From an archaeon (GTDB lineage Archaea > Nanobdellota > Nanobdellia > Woesearchaeales > GW2011-AR15): DNA of 64,000 nt. A program made the translations under genes and the position numbers. This document shows positions 28,380 through 38,083 of this stretch, piece after piece. Below the pieces are notes generated by a model that saw only the letters and a list, made by a program, of their open reading frames with translations, searched no databases and had not been told where the DNA came from. Within the stretch, counting starts at the first letter, position 1; each line of letters begins with the position of its first letter. The DNA lies in contig JABHXU010000016.1 in assembly GCA_018657065.1 (NCBI GenBank), positions 6,333 to 70,332 of the forward strand, given 5' to 3'.

Positions 28380-30073
28380 TTTTAGGTATATGGGATGGAC
28401 ATGAATCTAGTGCTTGTTTAGTTAATAAAGGAAAACTAATTGCTGCTGTTTCTGAGGAACGATTTACTCGAAGAAAACTTGAACCACTATTTCCTGTTAA
28501 TTCCATAAGATACTGTCTAAAAAGTCAAAATCTAAAACCTAATGAAATATATCATATTGCAATATCTACTTCTGACTGGTCTGTAACACTTTCTAGATCA
28601 TTATCTTGGTTAAAAAATGATTTTTGGTATAAAAGAAGAAGACATTTGACAAATAAACCAATAACTTGGGACCTTGATCTTCAAATATTAAATCAAACAG
28701 GTAAAATAAAATCAAACTCAATGTTTAGAAAAATCTCCAAATTTGCGATTAAAAAAATTCTATTAAACTTAGGTTTTAATATGAAAAAAACTAAAATACA
28801 TTTAGTAGATCATCATACTGCTCACGCTGCCTCAGCATATTTTACTTCTGGACTTAAAAAAGCCACTTGTGTAACTTTAGATGCTCTGGGTGACGGATAT
28901 TCTTCAACAATAAGTATTTGCGAAAATAATGAAATTAAAACAATTGCAAGAAATAAAACAAAAGATTCACTTGGACTCTTTTTTCAAGAAGTAACTTCAA
29001 TTATGGGTCTAAGAATTTTAGAAGATGAAGGAAAGGTTATGGCTCTTTCTGATTATGCATATGTTGATAACAAAAAAAATAATCCAATGCTTAATTATTT
29101 TACAGTTCATGGTACAAAGATAACTTCTAATTTTTCATTATTAAAAAGATATCAAATGCAAAAAAACCTACACTGGAGAAATAAGTCTGAAAACTTTGCT
29201 CATATGGCTCAAGATGCTCTTGAACATTTTACTACAAAACTTGTTGATAATTCAGTTAAAAAAACAGGAATAAAAGACGTTGTTTTAGCTGGAGGAATAG
29301 CTTCAAATATAAAGATGAATATGAAAATTAGAGACTTAAATAGTGTTAATAAATGTCATATTTTTCCTGCTATGGTAGATACTGGACTAAGTGCAGGTGC
29401 TGCACTTTATGTTTCAAATAAAATACTAGGAACAAAACCTTACCAATTAAAAAATGTATATCTAGGACCTGAATATTCAAATACTGAAATTAAAAAAACT
29501 CTTCAAAAATATAAAGATAAAATTAATTTTACAAAAGATAATGATTCGTCAAATCATGCTGGAGAACTTATTTCAAATAATAAAATAGTATTTAATCATC
29601 AAGGAAAAATGGAATTTGGTCCTAGAGCTCTAGGAAATCGAAGTATTCTTGCTTCAGCCTCAAGTATTGAAGTTAAAAATTTACTTAATACTAGAATTAA
29701 AAAAAGATCTTGGTTCCAACCTTTCTGTCCATCTTTGCTAGAAAAAGAAGCAACAAAATTTGTAAATGAAAAAGAATATAATAGATTCATGACAATGGGT
29801 TATATGCTAAAAAAAAGTTCTGTAGATCATGCTAGATCTACGATGAATGTTGATAAATCAATTAGACCTCAAATTCTCCACAATGAAAATCCAAGATATG
29901 AAAAATTAATTAAAAGAGTTAAAAAAGAAACTGGACAAGGAATTGTTTTAAACACAAGTTTCAATATTCATGGTGAACCTATTGTTAATTCTCCTAAAGA
30001 CGCGATCAATACAATGCTTAATTCAAAAGCTAAAAATATGTTTATTGGAGATTACTATGTTCAGCTAAAATGA
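28376..30073 (+). CDS. NodU/CmcH family O-carbamoyltransferase
   Basis: GHESSA, EERFTRRK, DHHTAHAASAYF, EGKVMAL, MEFGPRALGNRSIL, NTSFNIHGEPIV. Confidence 0.95.
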   Translation: MILGIWDGHESSACLVNKGKLIAAVSEERFTRRKLEPLFPVNSIRYCLKSQNLKPNEIYHIAISTSDWSVTLSRSLSWLKNDFWYKRRRHLTNKPITWDLDLQILNQTGKIKSNSMFRKISKFAIKKILLNLGFNMKKTKIHLVDHHTAHAASAYFTSGLKKATCVTLDALGDGYSSTISICENNEIKTIARNKTKDSLGLFFQEVTSIMGLRILEDEGKVMALSDYAYVDNKKNNPMLNYFTVHGTKITSNFSLLKRYQMQKNLHWRNKSENFAHMAQDALEHFTTKLVDNSVKKTGIKDVVLAGGIASNIKMNMKIRDLNSVNKCHIFPAMVDTGLSAGAALYVSNKILGTKPYQLKNVYLGPEYSNTEIKKTLQKYKDKINFTKDNDSSNHAGELISNNKIVFNHQGKMEFGPRALGNRSILASASSIEVKNLLNTRIKKRSWFQPFCPSLLEKEATKFVNEKEYNRFMTMGYMLKKSSVDHARSTMNVDKSIRPQILHNENPRYEKLIKRVKKETGQGIVLNTSFNIHGEPIVNSPKDAINTMLNSKAKNMFIGDYYVQLK

Positions 30074-31815
30074 TTATAAGAATAATTCTAGGAATTATGT
30101 ACCTTTTCTTAACATTATATTTAGGATCATCTTTTTCAAAAAAATATTTTAAATTAAAAGGGCTCAAAAGTGTTGTTTCTGGTTTTATTTGTTTGAATTT
30201 TATTATTGCTTTTATTGCTTTTATGCTTGCGATTATATTTGGTTCAAACATCAATTTTCTCAATACTTTAATTTCTGTTCTAATAGTATTTTTGTCCATA
30301 CGTGAACTCCCCAAAATAAGATTTAAAAATATTCTAAAAGAAATTTTGAGAAATAAGATAATCTTAATATTTTCAATTCTAATTTTTGTTATTTATTTCT
30401 TTAATTTTTCAGGTCCTTTTTTAGGTTATTGGGACACATATATAGCAGCTCCTTCAATTACTATGGCAGGAACACAATTAAATTTTGTTGATATTAACAA
30501 TGAAACATTATATAATTATACACTTTTACAAAAAATACCTAATGATTTGATTAATAAAAAATCTTATGGAATAATTTCTAAAGATCAAAGAATAAGTAGT
30601 GGAATTTTAATGTCTGTTCCTTTTCTATTTTTTGGAATATTTGGATTTAGATTATTTTACTCTTTTTTTATTGTAAGTGGTTTTTTTATCTTATATTTCT
30701 TAGTAAAACTAATTACTAAGTCCAAAACAATTTCACTAATTGCATCTGCACTATGCTATATGAATGGATACATCTTCTCGATAAACACCTTAAATCCAAA
30801 TTTATTTGGAATGATTCTATTAACTTTGATAATCTACCTCTCTTTATTAAATGTTAAAAATTGGTTCATTATAGGTTTACTTTTTGGAATCCTAGGAAGC
30901 ATTAGAAATATTGCTATAATTTTTTCGTTTGGAATGTTTTTTTATTTAATTACAGAAGAAAAATCTATTAAAAAAATTACAATATTTACTCTAGCTACAA
31001 TATTAGGAATAATTCCAATTTTATATTGGAATAATTTTGCCTTTGGAAATATGTTCATGCACTCATCTCAATATTCTTTTTTTGAAGGTTATAGACCTGA
31101 ATTTTCTCATAACATTTTTAATCTAAAATTTATGTTTAATGGTCTCTTTAATTTTCCTTTAAATAATGAAATTATTAGAACTCCTCATTATACTTATCCA
31201 GTTTATATTTACCTATTTTTACTATTAAAAAAAACATTTGGATTATTTTTAGTATTTCCTATTTTAGGTTATTTTAATTTTTATAAAAAAAACAAAAGAA
31301 ACACTCTTTTTATTGGACTACTTTTTATTCCTCTTTTCTTATTACTCTCGTTTCAAGAAAATTGGGAAGTAGCTAAAACAAGTTTTATTTTACTTTGCTT
31401 CCCTCAAATCATAATTTTTTTATCAAAAGGTTTGGAAGAATTGAAAAAAAATTGGCTAAATCCAATATATCACACTAAACTCGGAATTTTAATTATTATA
31501 CTAGTTTTAATATCTACTTTTACAATATCTCAAAATTACGAACTAGACCAACGATGGTACGAAAGATTTCCTAAAGCCGCAGCAGATTCTTACAACAAAT
31601 ATGAAAACAAAATTGATTTAGATGAGTTTAAATTTTTTCAATCAAAAGAAACAATTAAAGAACTAAATTCTCAAAAAGAATTTCTTGATAAAACATATTT
31701 ACCTTTTTTAAAAATGCCATCAAAAAATAGAATTAATATTTCAAATGAATTAAAAAAAGAAAATATCAATGTATTTGTAATTTGGAAATACATTTATGTA
31801 GATATTAAAAACTAA
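30070..31815 (+). CDS. Polytopic membrane protein, GT-C-like glycosyltransferase candidate
   Basis: About 13 TM segments, GYWDTY loop motif, IIRTPHYTYP; paralogous to 25889..28057. Confidence 0.55.
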   Translation: MIIRIILGIMYLFLTLYLGSSFSKKYFKLKGLKSVVSGFICLNFIIAFIAFMLAIIFGSNINFLNTLISVLIVFLSIRELPKIRFKNILKEILRNKIILIFSILIFVIYFFNFSGPFLGYWDTYIAAPSITMAGTQLNFVDINNETLYNYTLLQKIPNDLINKKSYGIISKDQRISSGILMSVPFLFFGIFGFRLFYSFFIVSGFFILYFLVKLITKSKTISLIASALCYMNGYIFSINTLNPNLFGMILLTLIIYLSLLNVKNWFIIGLLFGILGSIRNIAIIFSFGMFFYLITEEKSIKKITIFTLATILGIIPILYWNNFAFGNMFMHSSQYSFFEGYRPEFSHNIFNLKFMFNGLFNFPLNNEIIRTPHYTYPVYIYLFLLLKKTFGLFLVFPILGYFNFYKKNKRNTLFIGLLFIPLFLLLSFQENWEVAKTSFILLCFPQIIIFLSKGLEELKKNWLNPIYHTKLGILIIILVLISTFTISQNYELDQRWYERFPKAAADSYNKYENKIDLDEFKFFQSKETIKELNSQKEFLDKTYLPFLKMPSKNRINISNELKKENINVFVIWKYIYVDIKN

Positions 31816-31816
31816 A

Positions 31817-34573
31817 ATGAAAGCAAATAAATCAAATTTCAAACTAGATAACTTAAATCTAATTTTAAGTTTCTTATTTTTGATTGGTGGGATTTGTTTT
31901 ATAGTAATATTTTATAATAATATTTTTGACATTACACCTACAAAATACTCATGCAATTCACAATATTTTAATTCTAATAATCCAGATGAAATTTTTAATA
32001 TTAGTGAGTGTTATTTAAATAATAGTGAAATAAATCAGTCAATAGATGTTCTTAATAATGCAATTAAACACGGTGTAATTAACTTAGATATTTTTTTAAG
32101 TTTAGCAGGTCAATATTATGAACAAGTAGATTTTGATTCAGCAAAAAAAGTATATGAATATGCTAAAAAAGAATATCCTAATAGTCCTAGACTATATGAT
32201 AAAATTGGTAATTTACATAAAAGTTTAGGCTACAAAAATTCACTTGAATTTGAGAAAGCATTAGAAGCATATCAAAAAGCAATTAATTTAGAACCTAATA
32301 ATCCACAACATTATGAAAACTTAGGTATAGTTTATTCACAACTTAATGAACCTGAAAAAGCTAATTTTACATTCATTCAAGGAAAAGAAAAAAGTAGTTA
32401 TAACTACTCGTTTTATTTAGGTTGGAGTGAATATTATCGATCAATAGGGAATTATAAAAAATCTAATGAATATTTAAAAAAATTAGTTGATTCAAATCCA
32501 AATATTGCTCATTATAAAACTGAACTTGCAAGAAATTATCTTATTGAAGGAGAAATAGAACTGGCTAAAGAATATTATTCTAAAGCAATTGATAATGGTT
32601 GGTCACTTCCTACATATAATTGTCCTTATGAAGGACTAGGATTAATTTATTATATGGAAGGAAACCATGAAAAATCTGAAGAATATCTTAAAAAATCTAT
32701 AGCACTAAATCCAAAAGTTAGTGATTTAAATCGTCGTGCCTTAGCTAATCTATATGTTTCACAAAATAGAACTAATGAAGCAATATCAACTTTAAATTTA
32801 TTGATAAACTTAACTTATTTAGATTATGAAAAAAATAAAATTGAAAACTATATTAACCAATTAAAACAAGGAAAAAAACCTCACATTGATTTAGGACCTC
32901 TTGAAAAAGAAAATTTTGCGGATATAGCTCAAGAATCTAATAAAATGTTCTTTGAAGGTGAAAAAAAACTTAGAGATGGAGATTATGAACAAGCTGAAAA
33001 AAAGTATATTAACTCATTAGAATTAAATCAACTTCACGAATATAGTTCAATGCGATTATTATATTTATATTTTGCAATTTATGGTAATAAACAAAAAACA
33101 CTTAATTTATTTGAAGAATACTCTGCTACATTTAACTCTGACACAAAAAATACCTTTAAAAGTCTTATTTATCTTGATTCGAACAATATTTTAAAAGCCA
33201 AAAAACACTTAGATTTAATCTCAAATCACTCTGATTTGTCCTATTTACCATTAGGTGAATATTACTTAGAAACAGGTGAATATAAAAAAGCATATGATTG
33301 TTTTGAAAGGTCAATAGATCTCCGTCCTTTAGATGCTTTTGATTATTTTGAAATCTATAAAATAGATCGAATTTTGAGAGCAATAATCAAAGTAAAACAA
33401 TATGATTTAGCATATGATTTCATAGAAAAAATTAATTCACTTTCTGATAAATGGTTCTATCATAATAAAGCTATTGAATTAAAAATTCTCGAATCAAAAG
33501 GATATATTGCACTCAATAACAATAATTTTACTGAATCTGAAAATTATTTTAATGAATTAAAAGAAAAAAATCCTGTTATTGGATGTTCCTTTCAAGGACT
33601 AGGAGTATTATATTCTAAAACTCAAAAATACACAGAATCAACTATTAATTATATAAATGGAGCTGATCTAACACCTTATAGTTCAAGGGATCAATTTTTA
33701 GCAGCTTATTCTTGTTTTTTAACTGGAGATTATAATTGCGCAAATAAATATGTTGATAAAGCGATAAATCTCAATGATAATATTGAATATTTGGAATTAA
33801 AAGGATTTATCCTTATTATGGAAAATAAACCTCACGAAGCAAAAGTTATTTTTGATAAAATTCTAAGGGAGAAAGAATCAATAATCGCAAAATCAGGTTT
33901 AGGACATATTGCTTTAATTAACAAAAATTACACATTATCTAAACAAATATTTGAAGAATTACTAAATCAAAGTTTAAAAAACTCTTATGACAACATACAT
34001 ATTGATTATAATTATATGTATGAAACCGTGCCTTTAGGTTTAGCCTGGTCATATTCAAATCAAAACCAACATAAAGATGCTTTAGAATATTATGATATGA
34101 TTCTAAATAAAACTCCTGACCACCTTTTAGCTTTAATTAGCAAGGGAAATGCATTACTCTGGTTAGAAAGATATGATGAAGCTAAAAAAATATTTGATTA
34201 TATACTAAAATTGTATCCAAATAATGAATATGCACTAGCTGAACTAGGTTTATTAGAATATAATTTAGGAAATTTAACTGAAGCTCAAAATAAATTTAAT
34301 CAAGCTCTTGAACAAAACAGTGAAACATATACTTGTCCTTATGAAGGTTTAGGTCTTGTTTATTATAAACAAGGAAATTTAGATTTAGCAAAAGAAAATT
34401 TTGAAAAATCAATTGAAATAAATCCAGATATTGAATATAAAAAATTCAATTTGCTTGCAAAAATTTATATTGAAGAAGGAAGAAGGAAGGATGCTAAAAT
34501 TCTTTTACTAAAATCTATTGAAAACTATCCATATGATCCTGAAGCAAAACTGCTTTTAGAACAAATTAGCTAA
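31817..34573 (+). CDS. Membrane-anchored TPR-repeat protein (918 aa) with repeated CPYEGLG motif
   Basis: N-terminal TM; many TPRs (ALEAYQKAINLEPNNPQHYENLG); YNCPYEGLG, GCSFQGLG, YTCPYEGLG. Confidence 0.88.
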   Translation: MKANKSNFKLDNLNLILSFLFLIGGICFIVIFYNNIFDITPTKYSCNSQYFNSNNPDEIFNISECYLNNSEINQSIDVLNNAIKHGVINLDIFLSLAGQYYEQVDFDSAKKVYEYAKKEYPNSPRLYDKIGNLHKSLGYKNSLEFEKALEAYQKAINLEPNNPQHYENLGIVYSQLNEPEKANFTFIQGKEKSSYNYSFYLGWSEYYRSIGNYKKSNEYLKKLVDSNPNIAHYKTELARNYLIEGEIELAKEYYSKAIDNGWSLPTYNCPYEGLGLIYYMEGNHEKSEEYLKKSIALNPKVSDLNRRALANLYVSQNRTNEAISTLNLLINLTYLDYEKNKIENYINQLKQGKKPHIDLGPLEKENFADIAQESNKMFFEGEKKLRDGDYEQAEKKYINSLELNQLHEYSSMRLLYLYFAIYGNKQKTLNLFEEYSATFNSDTKNTFKSLIYLDSNNILKAKKHLDLISNHSDLSYLPLGEYYLETGEYKKAYDCFERSIDLRPLDAFDYFEIYKIDRILRAIIKVKQYDLAYDFIEKINSLSDKWFYHNKAIELKILESKGYIALNNNNFTESENYFNELKEKNPVIGCSFQGLGVLYSKTQKYTESTINYINGADLTPYSSRDQFLAAYSCFLTGDYNCANKYVDKAINLNDNIEYLELKGFILIMENKPHEAKVIFDKILREKESIIAKSGLGHIALINKNYTLSKQIFEELLNQSLKNSYDNIHIDYNYMYETVPLGLAWSYSNQNQHKDALEYYDMILNKTPDHLLALISKGNALLWLERYDEAKKIFDYILKLYPNNEYALAELGLLEYNLGNLTEAQNKFNQALEQNSETYTCPYEGLGLVYYKQGNLDLAKENFEKSIEINPDIEYKKFNLLAKIYIEEGRRKDAKILLLKSIENYPYDPEAKLLLEQIS

Positions 34574-34574
34574 A

Positions 34575-35684
34575 ATGAAAAAAAGAAAAAAAAACAAATT
34601 ATTGTTGATTGGAAGTTTAATTTTTTTAGGTCTATCAATCTTGCTATTTATATTTGGTTCATTAAATAATTTAGATGATAATGAACAAAATATTTCAATT
34701 TTAAAGAAATCTTCAATTGAATACTACAATTCAAAAAAATATTATGCTTTTGTTGAAACTAATAAAAAAATAGCTAGCTTAACACCTAATAATTCAAGTC
34801 ATCAATTTATTGCATCATATTCTTGTTTTATTATTGGAGATTATTTTTGTTCAATGGAATATGTAAATAATGCTCTTGAACTAAAAAATGATATTGCTTA
34901 TTTAGAACTCAAAGGGTTTATCTTAAACTTACAAGAAAAACCAGTTGAAGCAAAAGAAATATTTCAAGATATTTTAAAAGAAAGTAATTCAACTCTTGCA
35001 AAAATAGGTATTGGACATATTAAATTGCAAGAAAATAATTGTATACAGGCAAAGGAAATTTTTTTTGAATATAATTATCAAACAAATATAAAAACAGTAA
35101 TATTTGATAAGATTAATTCTGATTACCTTAGCCAGATGAACTCGCTTGGAATAGGTTGGTGTGATCTTGCAAATAATGACTTTGAAAATGCTCTTAAACA
35201 ATTTGATAAAATTCTTGACAATAATCCGGATCATTTACTTGGCATTATTAATAAAGCAAATACCTTAAGATGGTTAAAAAAATATAATGAAGCTAGAGAT
35301 ATTCTTTTAGATGGTCTAAAAATTTACCCAAATAGTGAATATATGTATGGTGAATTAGGTTTAATTGAACAAGAGTTAGGTAATTTAGACCAAGCAAAAA
35401 AATATTTTAATCAAGCACTTAGTAATAATAATAATACTTATTCTTGCCCTTATGAAGGACTAGGATTAATTTATTTTATGGAAGGAGATAATGAAAAAGC
35501 AAAGGAACATCTAGAAAAATCTATTGAAATAAAACAAAATTTAGATTTTGAAAAATATAATACTCTAGCTAAAATTTATATTAAAGAAGGAAAAATAACT
35601 GATGCTAAAATACTACTTTTAAAATCACTTGAAAATAATCCCGAGGGTATTGAAGCAAATGAATTATTAAAAAATATTTCTTAA
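34575..35684 (+). CDS. Membrane-anchored TPR-repeat protein, paralog of the C-terminal third of the upstream TPR protein
   Basis: N-terminal TM; YSCFIIGDY, YLELKGFIL, PDHLL, YSCPYEGLG shared with 31817..34573. Confidence 0.88.
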   Translation: MKKRKKNKLLLIGSLIFLGLSILLFIFGSLNNLDDNEQNISILKKSSIEYYNSKKYYAFVETNKKIASLTPNNSSHQFIASYSCFIIGDYFCSMEYVNNALELKNDIAYLELKGFILNLQEKPVEAKEIFQDILKESNSTLAKIGIGHIKLQENNCIQAKEIFFEYNYQTNIKTVIFDKINSDYLSQMNSLGIGWCDLANNDFENALKQFDKILDNNPDHLLGIINKANTLRWLKKYNEARDILLDGLKIYPNSEYMYGELGLIEQELGNLDQAKKYFNQALSNNNNTYSCPYEGLGLIYFMEGDNEKAKEHLEKSIEIKQNLDFEKYNTLAKIYIKEGKITDAKILLLKSLENNPEGIEANELLKNIS

Positions 35685-35899
35685 GAAGTTTTTAATTGTT
35701 TCTTCTTTAAATCATTAATTAAATCATTGCAATAAATTGTAAATGTTTTTGAAATTCTTTTATATTTTTTATTAAATAAACTTGCAAATATAATAAAAAT
35801 TTTAAACATTAATTGCATTGCTAAAATAAAAAACAGTTTTAGAAGAACTACAAACTTTGAATCTCTTTTTTTCTTATCTTTAATATTGCAGCATCCCAT
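35681..35899 (-). CDS. Small hypothetical protein with N-terminal MGCC and a hydrophobic helix
   Basis: 72 aa; start overlaps the end of the PP-loop gene; stop overlaps the TPR stop. Confidence 0.55.
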   Translation of the reverse strand: MGCCNIKDKKKRDSKFVVLLKLFFILAMQLMFKIFIIFASLFNKKYKRISKTFTIYCNDLINDLKKKQLKTS

Positions 35900-36665
35900 T
35901 TTTCTTAAGTAATTTATATGTTTTCAATATTTTATTTTTTTGATCATCAAATTTCAAATTATTATTCATTAAATGTAATTTAATTGTTTTATCAACAAAA
36001 TCAGATTTTCTTTTAAAAAATAACTTAATTTGCTTATCATCATGTTTAGGTTTTTCTCTGAATAAAATATTAGGTAAATAATATATCTCTCCAGCTAAAC
36101 ATTTAGGTTGAATTCCTAAGAATCTATCCATAATTTGCATATAACCCATATTAAATTTTAATTCTTTTAATTTCTTAATCTCTTCTTTTCTTTTTAAATT
36201 ATATACTGGTGTAACAAAAGAAATACCATATTTTTTGTAGAGTTTTCGAATTAATTTAACTGTTATTTCTTTTTGTTCAACCATTTCATTTGTATCCTTT
36301 GAAGATCCATCTGACATTAAAGCAATTCCATTTTCTAAACAATAAATTATACTATATGTATGCATTGCAAGTTTACATCCTAAACACCAAACAAAACCTG
36401 ATTTATGAGTTTTATATTCATTTAAAACATTGTTAATTGTAATTTTTTCAAATAAATCTTTTGAAGAAGATAATTTAAATTTAAATTTGCCTGGAAACAT
36501 ATCTTCTAACTCATTAAATCTGTTTTTTGTTCTGCCTTTGAATAAGTGACCGTATCCATTATTGTAAGTTAGTAAATGTATTTCATCATATTTTTTAGCT
36601 AAAAGATATGCTACCATTGTGGAATCAACCCCACCTGAAAACATTAATGCAATTTTTGATTTCAT
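35880..36665 (-). CDS. PP-loop (adenine nucleotide alpha-hydrolase) enzyme, QueC/TtuA/MnmA-like
   Basis: MFSGGVDS PP-loop, WCLGCKLAMH (CxxC), DGSS, QPKC. Confidence 0.8.
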   Translation of the reverse strand: MKSKIALMFSGGVDSTMVAYLLAKKYDEIHLLTYNNGYGHLFKGRTKNRFNELEDMFPGKFKFKLSSSKDLFEKITINNVLNEYKTHKSGFVWCLGCKLAMHTYSIIYCLENGIALMSDGSSKDTNEMVEQKEITVKLIRKLYKKYGISFVTPVYNLKRKEEIKKLKELKFNMGYMQIMDRFLGIQPKCLAGEIYYLPNILFREKPKHDDKQIKLFFKRKSDFVDKTIKLHLMNNNLKFDDQKNKILKTYKLLKKNGMLQY

Positions 36666-36676
36666 TTTTATCTCAA

Positions 36677-38083
36677 TTAATTAAAAATAAGTTCTTTAAA
36701 TCCATTAAATACTGAGCGTAAAATCGGCTTATATGTTTTATGTTTAATTGTAAACCTTATTAGATTCATTAAATATTTTGGTCTTAAATAAAAAGATCTT
36801 TCTAAATCCTTTTTTAATTTCATAAGTTCTTTTTTTGATAAATTTTTATTTTCCATTGTAATATTTTTTAAAAAAATCATTTTTGACCAATTATCATCTA
36901 TTTTTAATTTATTTTTATTGGCATACATTTCCAAATCTGTGCCTGGATAAGGTGTTGCAAAAGAAACTTGTAAGAAATCTGGATCCAAATCAAGAACAAA
37001 TTTTTTTGTTTGTTTTATTGTTTCTTTTGTTTCAAGTGGCATATTTAAAATAATGAAACCTAATGTTGGTAAACCAACTTTCTTTGATAATCTAAATGCC
37101 TTTTTTATTTGATCTTTTTTTAATCCTTTTTTAGAAAAATCAAGTATTTTTTGTGATCCTGATTCTATTCCAAACTCAATTTTCATACATCCTGAATTTT
37201 TCATATGTTGAAGCATTTCTTCATTAACATTATCTACTCTTGTTAAACACATCCAAGTTATTTTTTTATTAAGAATTGAATTCATAATTTCGTCACAAAA
37301 CTCATGTACCCACTTAATATTAGTTGTAAAAGTATCATCTAAAAAAGAGAAATGTCTTGTTCCATATTTTTTATAACACTCAATCATTTCTTGAACAATA
37401 TTTTTTGAACTTCTTCTTCTAATAGTTCGTCCTGAAAAAAAAGGAACAGCACAATAATTACATTTAGCATAACAACCCCTCATAGCAATGATCGTTGTAA
37501 AATGATTTGAAACTACAGACCTATACTTTCTCATAGGTAACAAATGCCTCGCTGGAAATGGTAATAAATCTAAATCATTTATGTAGCCTTTATACTTGTT
37601 TAATTTAATTGATTTTTTTTGTCTATACGCTATCCCATTTATCTTTAAGAGAGATTTATTTTGAAGAATACTCTTAATTAAATCTGAAATTATTCCTTCA
37701 CCTTCAAATAACACAACAATATCAAAAAAATTAAACCTCTTTAAAGTGTCTTTAGGTAATGTACTGGCATGAACTCCACCAATTAAGATTTTTACTAAAG
37801 GTAATATTTTTTTTATTTCTTGAGCTAAATTATGAACTTGATTAATTGTTGGAGTAACTGCAGAAAGACCTATAATTCTAGGTTTAATTTTCTTAACATA
37901 AGTTAATATCTCATTTTTACTTAAACCTAAAGCATTTGCATCCAATATTTTTACTTTTACATTCTCTTTTTCTAAAACTGCTGCAAGGTATCCTAATCCC
38001 AGAGGAGGTCCTACTGTAATTTGAGAAATAGATTTAATTTTACTTTGAAAATTTAAATTTATAAATAATACCTCAGTTTTCAT
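36677..38083 (-). CDS. B12-binding-domain radical SAM enzyme (class B methyltransferase/BchE-like)
   Basis: PPLGLGYLAA, GGVHAS, EGE, RGCYAKCNYC, FLDDTFT, GIESGSQ, TPYPGT. Confidence 0.92.
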   Translation of the reverse strand: MKTEVLFINLNFQSKIKSISQITVGPPLGLGYLAAVLEKENVKVKILDANALGLSKNEILTYVKKIKPRIIGLSAVTPTINQVHNLAQEIKKILPLVKILIGGVHASTLPKDTLKRFNFFDIVVLFEGEGIISDLIKSILQNKSLLKINGIAYRQKKSIKLNKYKGYINDLDLLPFPARHLLPMRKYRSVVSNHFTTIIAMRGCYAKCNYCAVPFFSGRTIRRRSSKNIVQEMIECYKKYGTRHFSFLDDTFTTNIKWVHEFCDEIMNSILNKKITWMCLTRVDNVNEEMLQHMKNSGCMKIEFGIESGSQKILDFSKKGLKKDQIKKAFRLSKKVGLPTLGFIILNMPLETKETIKQTKKFVLDLDPDFLQVSFATPYPGTDLEMYANKNKLKIDDNWSKMIFLKNITMENKNLSKKELMKLKKDLERSFYLRPKYLMNLIRFTIKHKTYKPILRSVFNGFKELIFN

